Shown here in pieces: positions 53,344 to 64,000 of a DNA stretch of 64,000 nt. This DNA comes from Octopus bimaculoides (Eukaryota). The notes below the pieces were generated by a model that saw only the letters and a list, made by a program, of their open reading frames with translations, was not told where the DNA came from and searched no databases. How positions within the stretch are numbered: position 1 is the stretch's first letter; each line of letters begins with the position of its first letter. Made by a program: the position numbers and the translations under genes. The DNA lies in assembly GCF_001194135.2 (NCBI RefSeq), contig NC_069003.1, forward strand, positions 32,500,105 to 32,564,104, in the 5' to 3' direction.

Positions 53344-55057
53344 CGTGTGCATGCACTCTCTCTCTCTCTTTTTCAATCTCTCTATCTCTTGCTTACAGAC
53401 ACTCTCTCTCTCTTTATCTCTCTCACACACAAACGCATACACACACTCTCTTTCTGTCACTAACACATACTCTCTCTCACAAACACTCATTCTTTCTTAC
53501 ACATGCACACGCATACATGCTAATTCTTTCATCGGTTTCCTCAACAGACAACCAGTTGCTTATTGATGAACTGAATGTCCAATTTGTATATGTTTTGAGG
53601 GATTTTTGGCTACTATTTCTAGCTGGTGATATGACTTCATAGATGTTCCCTCATATGTGATATAGTTTCTTCTTGTTAACATGTTAGAGCAAAGACCCAA
53701 TTAGTTATTTTATTATGTTGGTCTTTCATTTTCAACAATATGAAAACTAAGGAATTTTTCCCCAAAGTATCAAATCATAAAATTCTTGTATAATTTTTTT
53801 TTTTTCCAAAATGTTATGAAATATCATTGGCCAGGCCATAAATGTACAATGGAAAAAAAAAGACATTCATGCTATAAAATGGTATAAAGAAATGAATAAA
53901 TGAAAAATATTGTGTGTCCATATGTTATTATATATGAACTATACAGAGGGGTAGCGAAATACAATGAAATATATATTGTATTTCTCTTATCTGTGGCCTG
54001 ACTATAAAAGAATAATGAAAATATCAATACTGTGTGAGTTATGAATAAATATGTATTATGGAATTCTATCAGTATACTTAATAAACATATATTTAGTGTT
54101 TCTGTAAAATTAGGATCTGTGGTTAAATCACAGTTATTTCGAACAGTATAGAATATAGGTTCCTCTCTTTTTAAGTCTTATCAGAGATCTACATTTGTAT
54201 TTCCATACTGGCATGTGTTGGAAGAGATGTTCGGGCAGATTTCTTATGGCCTGATGCTCTTTCTGTCAGCAACCCCTTAACTGTTTTCATTCCTCTGACC
54301 CTTACCCATTGAAAGCTCCAACTATGGGATATGTTGCTGAAACTGAAAGAAGTCCATCGTATAGGTTGGTAGTCCACCAGTGTCTGACAATGACAAAGTC
54401 TGTATTCTCAGTGATGAGAGCACATGTGACTTTGCAGTCCAGAGCTGGAAGCACACAGGTGCCCATAGGTGCCCACAGGTGTCACAATAGTCTTTTGTCA
54501 GGATTGAGGTGATCTTATGACTGTGAGCCCAACTTCCTAACCATTAGACCACTTACCTTCACACATGCACACGCACACACACACACACACACATATACAT
54601 ATGCATAGACTACCTCTGACTTTCTGAGTACCAATTACACTCACAAGCCATTGGTCAGCCCAGAACTATAGTAGAAGTGCTGCACTGTGGGACTGAACCT
54701 GAGACCACATGATTGGGAAGTGGACATCATAACTATCCAACCATTCTCTGATTGACTCTGCTGGTCTCACCTTCACCTACTTCTTAAAAATATATGGACT
54801 GAAGAGAAGCATAACTTAATTTATATCATGGTTGATAGCCAGGTATTAATGGTATTAATAACTATGGTACCAAAGAGCATTCTGGGTTATAAATAAATAG
54901 GAAAATTGAGTAGAATCCATGTGTTTATTGAATATGTATTTAGTCGTTCTGTGAAATCAGGGTCTGTGGTTTAACCAGAGAAGAGGTGTACTATCCCTGA
55001 TAAATCTTAAGCTGCTGAAATCCCTGTGGTTTAACCATGGCATCCACAAAAGATTAA

Positions 55058-55134
<77 letters not shown>

Positions 55135-56587
55135 GTTTTTCTATGGTTTGCTTTGATTCTCTGTTCATGTTTAGTGCTTAACTAGTGTTTAGGGACATCA
55201 GAAGCATTGATATATAAATATTGAACGATGAAAATGAGTGCTTAACACTGCAATGGTAGATAGAGTTTCTTTATTTGTGAATCAAGGCTACCATTGGTTT
55301 CATGTTAAGAAAAATAGAGAAATATCTTAATATCTTAACAATTTTTCAAGCCAATCACATGGAGGAATGGTGTTCATCTCAATTTTGGTGTTTTTATTCA
55401 AAATGGAGATGAACACTGTGTTGGCACTTTAGTTATTAATTCTCAGTTATCAATTTTGTATTGTTTAGTGAAACACATTTACCACTCACAGTCTTTTGCT
55501 TTAATTTCCATTTTTAATGAGTATTTCTATGCTGTGCCATTTTGACATCTTGGAAGACAGAAACGGATGATTTCTGTTGAGTTTTACAAAAGATACAACT
55601 TGTCAATTTGGTTCTCTGCTGCTGGAGACATTGCGGTTTATCCTCATAGTCAACTGCGACAGTGAGACTAAATATACCATTGTTATTAAACATATGGATG
55701 TGACACATAACGAAGAATACAGTTTGTTGCTTTTATGTACTTTACAACAGATGGAAATAAGCAAAGAATGGAAGGTGATATTTGTCACAAGTGTGTGTGA
55801 AACAAGAGTGGAAGAAATTGTTAGGAAGATTACAAATAATGAAACTCTTCTTTTAATTGTTAAAAGGCAGAAATGTGATGTGTGTGATTAACTGAGGTAT
55901 TTGTATTGTGTATAGACAACATTGGTTACTGTTGCTATAGACTAAGGCAATAATGGAATTCAGTGACTGATGTCTGTAGACTAGAATTGATCATAGATTC
56001 TGATGGTATCTACTGAGGAGGTGGGAAAGATGGAGTCAGTCGGAGCATTAGAGTTGCTGTTGCTCTGCACTTCCCATCTGTTCAATACTCAAGTATTAAT
56101 TAACGTTAATTAATTAATGGCTGATCAAACATATACTATACTGGATTAGCCATACTTATTTTGTAACATTATTATTGGTGACATTATATCATCATCCAGC
56201 AGAATGGCATATAGTCAGACACATTGGATAAGGTTGATTACTGTTCTTGTAATAGGGTAGGGGTGCATTAATGTTTGATATGTGCAGTGATTTTGTTTTT
56301 TTTAATTTTGAAGGAAACATAGTCATCATCATCATCATCGTCAATTTAATGTCCACTTTCCCATCCTTGCATGGATCAAGTGGAATTTGTTGAGGTAAAT
56401 TTTCAATGGCTGGATGCCCATCTTGTTGCCAACCCTCATCTGTTTCCAAGTAATTTTTCTGATGAGCAGACATGGTTTCACAGAATATTGGAAATGAAGA
56501 ACTCCATTTGCATTACAGTGACACTCATAACTGTCATGCGATGACGAACAGTCAGTTGCACATATTCACTCATGCATGCATACATCA

Positions 56588-56853
56588 TCGTGGCACTCCG
56601 TCAGTTACGACGATGAAGGTTCCAGTTGATCCAATCAACGGAGCAGCCTGCTCGTGAAATTAATGTGCAAGTGGCTGAGCACTCCACAGACACGTGTACC
56701 CTTAACCGTAGTTCTTGGGGGATATTCAGGGTGACACAGTGTGACAAGGCTGGCCCCTTTGAAATACAGGTACAACAGAAACAGGAAGTAAGAGTGAGAG
56801 ATAGTTGTGGTGAAAGAGTACAGCAGAGTTCGCCACCATCCCCTGCCGGAGCC
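56588..56853 (-). mobile_element. Same SINE family, 5'-truncated
   Basis: Matches the 3' ~270 bp of 18967-19363; short fragment also at ~39445-39505. Confidence 0.85.
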
Positions 56854-57234
56854 TACATGTGTGTGCATGTGTCTCTGTTTGACCCCCACCCACCAATTAA
56901 CAACCGGTGTTAGTTTGTTTATATCTCTGTAACTTAGCAATTCAGTAAAAGAGAATAAGTACCAGATTTAAAAGATAAATACTGGCGCTAGTTTGTTCAT
57001 CTAAAACCCTTCAAGGTGGTGCCACAGCATGGTCGCTGTCCAATGACTGAAAGTAGTAAAAGGTGAAAGGTATGCCTATAGGAAAAGACATGATGATCAC
57101 AGGTGAAATACCTTTGATCATTCAATCACAGCTTACCTGGCATTTAACAGCACCCACTGTTTGTGATTACAGGAAAATATTGCAAGCAATTGCTCTATCA
57201 AATACTCTGCTAAGTTTTCTTGATAATGCTGCTG

Positions 57235-57426
57235 CTTCTTCTTCTTCTTCTTCTTCTTCTTCTTCTTCTTCTTCTTCTTCTTCTTCTTCTTCTTCTTCTT
57301 CTTCTTCTTCTTCTTCTTCTTCTTCTTCTTCTTCTTCTTCTTCTTCTTCTTCTTCTTCTTCTTCTTCTTCTTCTTCTTCTTCTTCTTCTTCTTCTTCTTC
57401 TTCTTCTTCTTCTTCTTCTTCTTCTT
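57235..57426. repeat. Uninterrupted (CTT)64 microsatellite
   Basis: 192 nt of pure CTT. Confidence 0.98.
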
Positions 57427-58227
57427 GTCGCCATTGTCTTGAATCATTAATTTATTATGCTGTCTGGAGAAATTTTCAGAATTTTACAGCATCAAGTCAG
57501 CATATCTCTTCAACTTTGGCTATTAAACATTGAAAAGTTTGGCTAATATTTCATATATCCATCCTTTAACTGAAGTCATGGAAACATACAGTAATTTTTT
57601 TTCCCCGTTTTCTATTTCCAATGTCTTTAATAATAAAGAAGCTGAAGTTATTGTATATTCCAGCATACTAGTTGTATTTTTGAGACTAAAATTTACAATC
57701 CAAAATGGAAGGTCACCTTACACACCAAAATGACTTAGGAGGACCAAGAATTCCATGTGAAATGCAGCCAGATTTAGAAAGACAGTGACAATGTTTGAAT
57801 GTCTACTCTACATGTTTATACTATATACTAGATCAGCATATATGCCAGAAAGTACAACACTTTTGCTCTCTAGTTGAAACTTGCTGTGACACAATTATCA
57901 TAAGAAGTTAAACTAGTTATAGTTTTTTAATTATTTTTTACTCATTTATCAGTATTGGGTAGGAAGGGTAGCACCCATGGTGCTTTATTTTTTGGATGAT
58001 GGGCTCCAAGAGTAGTGGATGGCAGAGAGGAAGTTATCCTGAAACCTCAAAGAGTTGGCCTAAATGTTTGCAACAAGACCAAAGGCCTTTCCCAAGCCAT
58101 AGTCTCATAAGGCCATTTGCCCAGATTCTGTAACAAATATATTTCCCCACCTGGATGGGATGCTGGTCTCTCACAGGATTACTCATCTTTGCCAGCTGAG
58201 TGGACTGGAGCAACATGAAATGATGTG

Positions 58228-58609
58228 TTTTACTTGTTTCATTAATTTGACTGTGGCCATGCTGAAGCACTGCCTTTTAGTTGAAGAAATCGACCCTTGG
58301 ACTTATTCTTTATAAGCCTGTTGCTTATTCTGTCGGGCCCTTTTAACTGAACTGCTATGTTACATGGACGTAAACACAAACATCAGTTGTCAAATGATGG
58401 CAGGTAGGGCAAACACAGACACAAACACACACACATAAATATATACATATATATGACAGGCATCTTTCAGTTTCCATCTACCAAATCCACTCACAAGGCT
58501 TTGGTCGGCCCAAGGCTATAGTAGAAGACACTTGCCCAAGGTGCCATGCAGTAGAACTGAACCCAGAATTATGTGTTTGGGAAGCAAACTTCTTACCATA
58601 CAGCCATGC
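58228..58609 (-). mobile_element. CORE-type SINE, full length
   Basis: Same modular structure as 25129-25500. Confidence 0.85.
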
Positions 58610-58762
58610 AAAATTTTTGTGTGAAGCATTATTTTGGGATGAAGATTTTTTTAAATAGTTTTATGGCAGTTAAGTATCTTATTAGTGTTTGGGTTGTTGG
58701 TGGTTTTATTTATTTGGGTTCGTGCAAGTTATCCTCTGCATTAATATGATTTATTAAATATA

Positions 58763-59408
58763 NNNNNNNNNNNNNNNNNNNNNNNNNNNNNNNNNNNNNN
58801 NNNNNNNNNNNNNNNNNNNNNNNNNNNNNNNNNNNNNNNNNNNNNNNNNNNNNNNNNNNNNNNNNNNNNNNNNNNNNNNNNNNNNNNNNNNNNNNNNNNN
58901 NNNNNNNNNNNNNNNNNNNNNNNNNNNNNNNNNNNNNNNNNNNNNNNNNNNNNNNNNNNNNNNNNNNNNNNNNNNNNNNNNNNNNNNNNNNNNNNNNNNN
59001 NNNNNNNNNNNNNNNNNNNNNNNNNNNNNNNNNNNNNNNNNNNNNNNNNNNNNNNNNNNNNNNNNNNNNNNNNNNNNNNNNNNNNNNNNNNNNNNNNNNN
59101 NNNNNNNNNNNNNNNNNNNNNNNNNNNNNNNNNNNNNNNNNNNNNNNNNNNNNNNNNNNNNNNNNNNNNNNNNNNNNNNNNNNNNNNNNNNNNNNNNNNN
59201 NNNNNNNNNNNNNNNNNNNNNNNNNNNNNNNNNNNNNNNNNNNNNNNNNNNNNNNNNNNNNNNNNNNNNNNNNNNNNNNNNNNNNNNNNNNNNNNNNNNN
59301 NNNNNNNNNNNNNNNNNNNNNNNNNNNNNNNNNNNNNNNNNNNNNNNNNNNNNNNNNNNNNNNNNNNNNNNNNNNNNNNNNNNNNNNNNNNNNNNNNNNN
59401 NNNNNNNN
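58763..59408. other. Largest assembly gap; other large gaps at 22857-23249, 37064-37439, 41989-42466 and 47160-47356
   Basis: Runs of N, mostly flanked by microsatellites. Confidence 0.99.
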
Positions 59409-59441
<33 letters not shown>

Positions 59442-59834
59442 GACTCTATTGTCCAACATGTCTCTTTTCTTCTAAGGTGATAGCATGTAATTTGTGGGAA
59501 CATACCTGCTATTACCTTTTTTTCCAGCATACAAGTTGAATTTTCCAGATGAAAATTTACACCAAAAAAAGGTCAAGTTGACTTATGTGCCAAGACGAAT
59601 TTGGAGGACCAAAAATTCCTTGTAAAATACAGCAAAATTTGGAAAGGAATTGATGATGTTTGAATGTTTACACTATATTGACCTGTATGCTTGAAAATAC
59701 TGTATTAGTCTCTTGAGCAACTGCTACATTGCTTCATGTATCCCTCCTTTTTTTTATTTTTATCTCATCTTAAAAGATTCCCATTTTGAAATTTGTAATC
59801 CTTGTGTCAGAGATTACAGAGATTAAAGATCAGG

Positions 59835-60600
59835 TTATTGTTGTTTAACCCTGGGTTAGTCTTCATCCAGTAGACCTATAATCAAATGTGCTCTGGTTAT
59901 GACTGTATTTTTTTCATCCGATATAATATACATAAGACTACATTATCCAATTTACCCCCCCTTTTTTTTAAAGTAGAATGTGACTTGAAGGAGATTTGGC
60001 TGCTACTTCTGTCAGATCAAACAATCATTTGTATCAGGCATTGGTAAACTTTTTTTTGAGAATCAGGTCACATGAGACATGGCTTATCATCAGGTGAGCC
60101 ATTCAGAAGGTTCCACAGGTTACAGTTGCCCATGAATGAATAAGATAATCCTTCATTAGTCTTTCTTGTTATTGTTGTTTCATTTTGACTGTCAGCTTCG
60201 ACTGAACAGGCTTACAATCAAAGGTGTTCTTGTTTTTCAATTTTATCTTTTTCTTTTCTTTTTAAAACTTAATATATTTCAATTTCATATTATCAGATAT
60301 GTGTTGTCATTTTTAAGACGGTAGGATGTGATTCAAGAGAAAGAGAGTGAGATTTGGCTGCTATTTTTAGCATATTGAATGACCTGCTAGAACTATAACT
60401 ATCTCATATTGAACAGGTTGTCATTATTGTTACTAAACTCTCTTTTCTGATGAAGAAGACTTATGATTAAACATTTTCAAGCCATGACCATCATGTGTTA
60501 TATTTTCCAAACTAAATATATCCAAAACTTCTTTTCCTTTCCTATGACAGTATGGTATGAGATTTAAGTGAAATTTTGCTACTAATTTTAACAGGTAGAC
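59835..60600 (+). repeat. Stacked copies of an unclassified abundant dispersed repeat
   Basis: Recurrent blocks ttgtttaaccc-ggg...cctatgatcaaa and gagatttggctgctattt; also at ~10130-10311, 15360-15520, 41610-41780 (-) and 36710-36880 (-). Confidence 0.65.
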
Positions 60601-62124
60601 TAATCATGTACATAGGTACCTTACCTTGGCTTGTATTGGACAAGGCAAAGTGATTATGTATAAATTATGGCGCAGGGTCACATATTTTGTATGTTGTCTT
60701 GGTTGATTTGGACAAGTTCTTTATTGAGAGACAAATGATGCAGGCTGACTTTGATGGCAGAAAGTTTGGGTTTTGAAATTTCGAGAATAACAAATGGTTA
60801 TTTTAGCAGTGAATTTTTGAAATGACTAAAGATGAAAGACAGGTTATTTATTGTTGGACAAAGGAACACAGATTTGATGTAATGGGGTCAAGGAGCATGA
60901 GAGATGTTGGGAGGGGGATAAAGAGAAATATAAGGGAAAGGGGCAGAAGAGAAAGAGAGAGAGAGAGTAAGAGGTAAAAAGAGATAAAGGAGAAAGTGAA
61001 TTTGAAGGGGTAAAGAAATAGAGATAAGAATAGAGGAAAAGAAAGACAAGGAAAGGAGAAACGGTTAAGAGGAGAGTAAGAAGCAGCAGAAGAAAAAGAG
61101 AGAGAAGGTTAAGAGTACTAATGTGAAAGTGTGAAGGGAGCTTTTATGGCACAGTCAGACAGGCCAACGAAGAAGCAGGTAGATTATATTGATCATCTTT
61201 GGTCAGTCTTCTGAAGGAAATGGTCAAAATGTCATTATTCCAGGAACTTTATCTTTGTCGATATCAACAATTTATTTCTCTGTTTATCACTGAGTTACTT
61301 GCATAGAAGATATATATATATAGGTGCCGGCATGGCTGTGTGGTTAAGAAGTTTGCTTTCAGCCACACAGTTTCAGGTTCACTCCCAATGCATGACACCT
61401 TGTGCAAATGTCTTCTGCGTCACCCTAAACTTAACCAGTGTATTTGAAATTCAAGTAGGCAGAAACTGCACTGAAGCTCATTGGTGTATGTAATATTCAA
61501 CTTCACCAATTTAACATATGAAATGAAATCATCATCATCATCATCGTCGTTGTTTATCATCCGCTTTCCATGCTAGCATGGGTTGGACGATTTGACTGAG
61601 GACTGGTGAACCAAGAGGTGACACCAGGCTCCAATCTGATTTGGCAGAGTTTCTACAGCTGGATGCCCTTCCTAACGCCAACCACTCCGAGAGTGTAGTT
61701 GGAATGAATGTAAATAAATATGAAGTGGTTACCAGTTGAAACACATAGATGTATGTGTGTTACTGCATTAATAATGAGATGAATGGAAAGTTGTATAAAT
61801 GCATGAGAGATGTCTTGTTTTTGATTCCTCCTATGTTTATTATCAAAACAGCCATCTGTGAGGAACTAGAGAGTAGCATAAAAAAGTTATTTCTATGCGG
61901 CAGTTTAGTTGAGCAGGTTCTGTAATTATGTGTAGACAAGGAAAAGAGAATTTGTGATTGAACGCAAGCATCAGTTGCCATAGTATATATAATTCTTAAG
62001 TTTGTAGGTCATTCATGTTGCAGACTCTTCATATTCGGTAGGTCCGAAATTATGCAAATCACCTAAGCCATAAATGTGTTCTACTCTTGTATTTGTCTCA
62101 GTCCCTGGGCCACTGGAGATAAAA

Positions 62125-62184
62125 TTGGACAGTTGTCATACTGATGATGACTATTGAGCCTGAAACATGTCCTCAACTGTCCAA
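62125..62184 (+). ncRNA. Degenerate type-I hammerhead-ribozyme-like motif (Penelope/retrozyme style)
   Basis: ttggacagttg (62125-35) pairs perfectly with caactgtccaa (62174-84), enclosing CTGATGA, an imperfect stem II (gact-attg-agcc) and GAAAC-AT-GTC. Proximal stem I is not paired. Confidence 0.45.
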
Positions 62185-62701
62185 CAATAAGCTTGTTCTT
62201 AATAGTATATCGACTTTTAAGAATTCATGATTCTTGAGATTATCTTCCTTTTCTAGTGGAAATAGCTTTAATTGCCATTTTGTAATTATTAAACACCCTC
62301 CAGAGGCAGAGATAATTTTAAGAAATCAAGACCTTAAAATGCATGGTATTTTATATACCTGTGTTTATCTATGTTGTTAAATACAGCCTCACTGAAATGC
62401 ATGACTGCATACTGTTCTCAGTTCTGCTGCCTACACTGCTCTCAGATCCGGTCTTTCTGATGTTATGACTGACTGTCTATCTTACTGATTTAGCTAAATT
62501 TAAGCTCAACTGATTTGCAATTAGCAAAATTTGATTCATCAGCAATTTTGCTGACATCTGTCAGTGAATTTGATATGTAGTCGTGTCATTGGCTAATTTT
62601 TTTATGACATCATCATTCAGTTTGAAAGATCCTGTTCCTATTTCTGAAAATTGTCCTAAGTAGAAAAGCACAAACCTGGTTTAAATTGAGGCAGAGATCT
62701 G

Positions 62702-62743
<42 letters not shown>

Positions 62744-63102
62744 TATCATATATATGTGTGCATTTGCATATGTATATAATAGATATTACATATGTAAATA
62801 ATAAATATAGATAGTATATATTTAATGTTTGTTATATGTAATACATATACTGTATGTCTTGCATGTATATGTATGTAATAAATATGTTATAAAATATATA
62901 TAATGTATATAATATACATATGTACAGACAGATATATAGGCAGGCAGCCTACACTTTACACTGGCGCCATAATTCAGATTGATGTAAAACAAACTCATTA
63001 TATAATATAAGCAGGGGAATGTTCTACATGTTAAAAAAATATATTGTTTTTATTTAATTAGCTCACGTTAATACAAGTTACAAAATTAACGTAAAGTATT
63101 TA

Positions 63103-63306
63103 CAGTAATCCCTCAACTATCGCAAGTGTTGCATTCCAAAACCTCCCACAGAAATAATTAAAATCTAAAAGAATATAAATACTTATCAGTCACAGAAACC
63201 TGGATATACTGAGGAGTCTGTGATATAAATTTACGTATATAAGCCAGAAAAATCCGTGGTGTAATGGGTGCACATTAGGTGAACCACGATATGGCGAGGG
63301 ATTAAT
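63103..63306 (+). mobile_element. Tigger/pogo-like MITE; partial copy at ~40030-40150
   Basis: TA-cagtaatccctc...gcgagggatta ends; internal atactgaggagtc...ataaatttac shared with 40050-40135. Confidence 0.6.
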
Positions 63307-63630
63307 CTACATATGTCTATAATCCTACTAAATTAGCGTAAGATAATAAATAACTTAATTATTACTAACGTACGTTGTGAAGATATGGAACAAAATGTTT
63401 ATTTATTTACTTTCCTTTTCATGTTAGGAGTTGCATTTGTAGACTTCCTTTTTACCAGACATGGATGCATTTATTTTAAAAACTTTTATCATTGATAATT
63501 GCAATATGTATTTATCAGATCATTCACTGGCAATTAATATGGGATGACTGAGCTAAACCAAAATCAAGGAAGGGCTCCACTAGGGGTTGCATAAGAAACG
63601 GAGGCCTTTATTTTAACTGATTGTATACAC

Positions 63631-63869
63631 CAGTGTTTTTCAACCATTTTTTTAATCTATGGACTCCTTTGATTCCTATTTCACTTCGATGGACCCCCAC
63701 CCCGGTCATTCATTGTTTAAATCCTATTGTATTTTTATATTTGAATATCATTAGAAATTGTGTAAAATAATTGTTGAAACATTTCGTATATTGTCGAAGT
63801 ACAACCAATTTTATTGCAGATAAATTTTAACTACAAAATCTTTCAGCAGCCCCCTTTTAAGAACCACTG
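63631..63869 (+). mobile_element. hAT-type MITE
   Basis: cagtgtttttcaacc...aagaaccactg ends; degenerate 8-bp flanks gtatacac / gtgtagat. Confidence 0.7.
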
Positions 63870-64000
63870 GTGTAGATACAGATATGGAATGTAGTCGGTA
63901 AATACGACAGAGCCTTTCATATACACCTGACACTTCGGGTAAATTGTATGAAAGCATATTTTCACAAGATGGCACATTATATATATCGTAAATAAAAGAA

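Noticed and set aside
57063-57533. 156-aa poly-Ser ORF and overlapping poly-K/R/L frames
   Set aside because: Entirely due to the (CTT)64 repeat, which has no stop in these frames.
60620-60730. Strong minus-strand donor AAG|GTAAGG
   Set aside because: No clear acceptor or recognisable peptide upstream.

Overview
AT-rich, microsatellite-dense eukaryotic DNA with about 12 assembly gaps. The repeat families (tRNA-headed CORE- and Nin-type SINEs, RTE-like tails, hAT/piggyBac/mariner MITEs) point to an octopus or other cephalopod; this is inference, not a database result. Almost all ORFs in the track are microsatellite or N-run artefacts. The only convincing host coding signal is a 48-nt phase-0/phase-0 exon at 34959-35006 (+), TGDNITWETHKVTLTK, matching the first beta-strand of PDZ1 in ZO-1/TJP/polychaetoid. 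The window therefore looks like the 5' end of a very large-intron ZO-1-like gene. Candidate promoters or alternative first exons lie at about 12.3 kb, 15.1 kb and 32.8 kb, and the next PDZ1 exon is not visible in the 29 kb downstream. Other items worth a second look are a degenerate hammerhead-ribozyme-like motif (62125-62184), a diverged ~220-bp inverted repeat (48935-49570), a head-to-tail stack of Nin-type SINEs, a SINE with a five-fold multiplied target site, and a 3' tail shared by a SINE and a putative Tx1-like LINE. No complete gene, RNA gene, autonomous transposon or CRISPR array is present. All alignments were made by eye.
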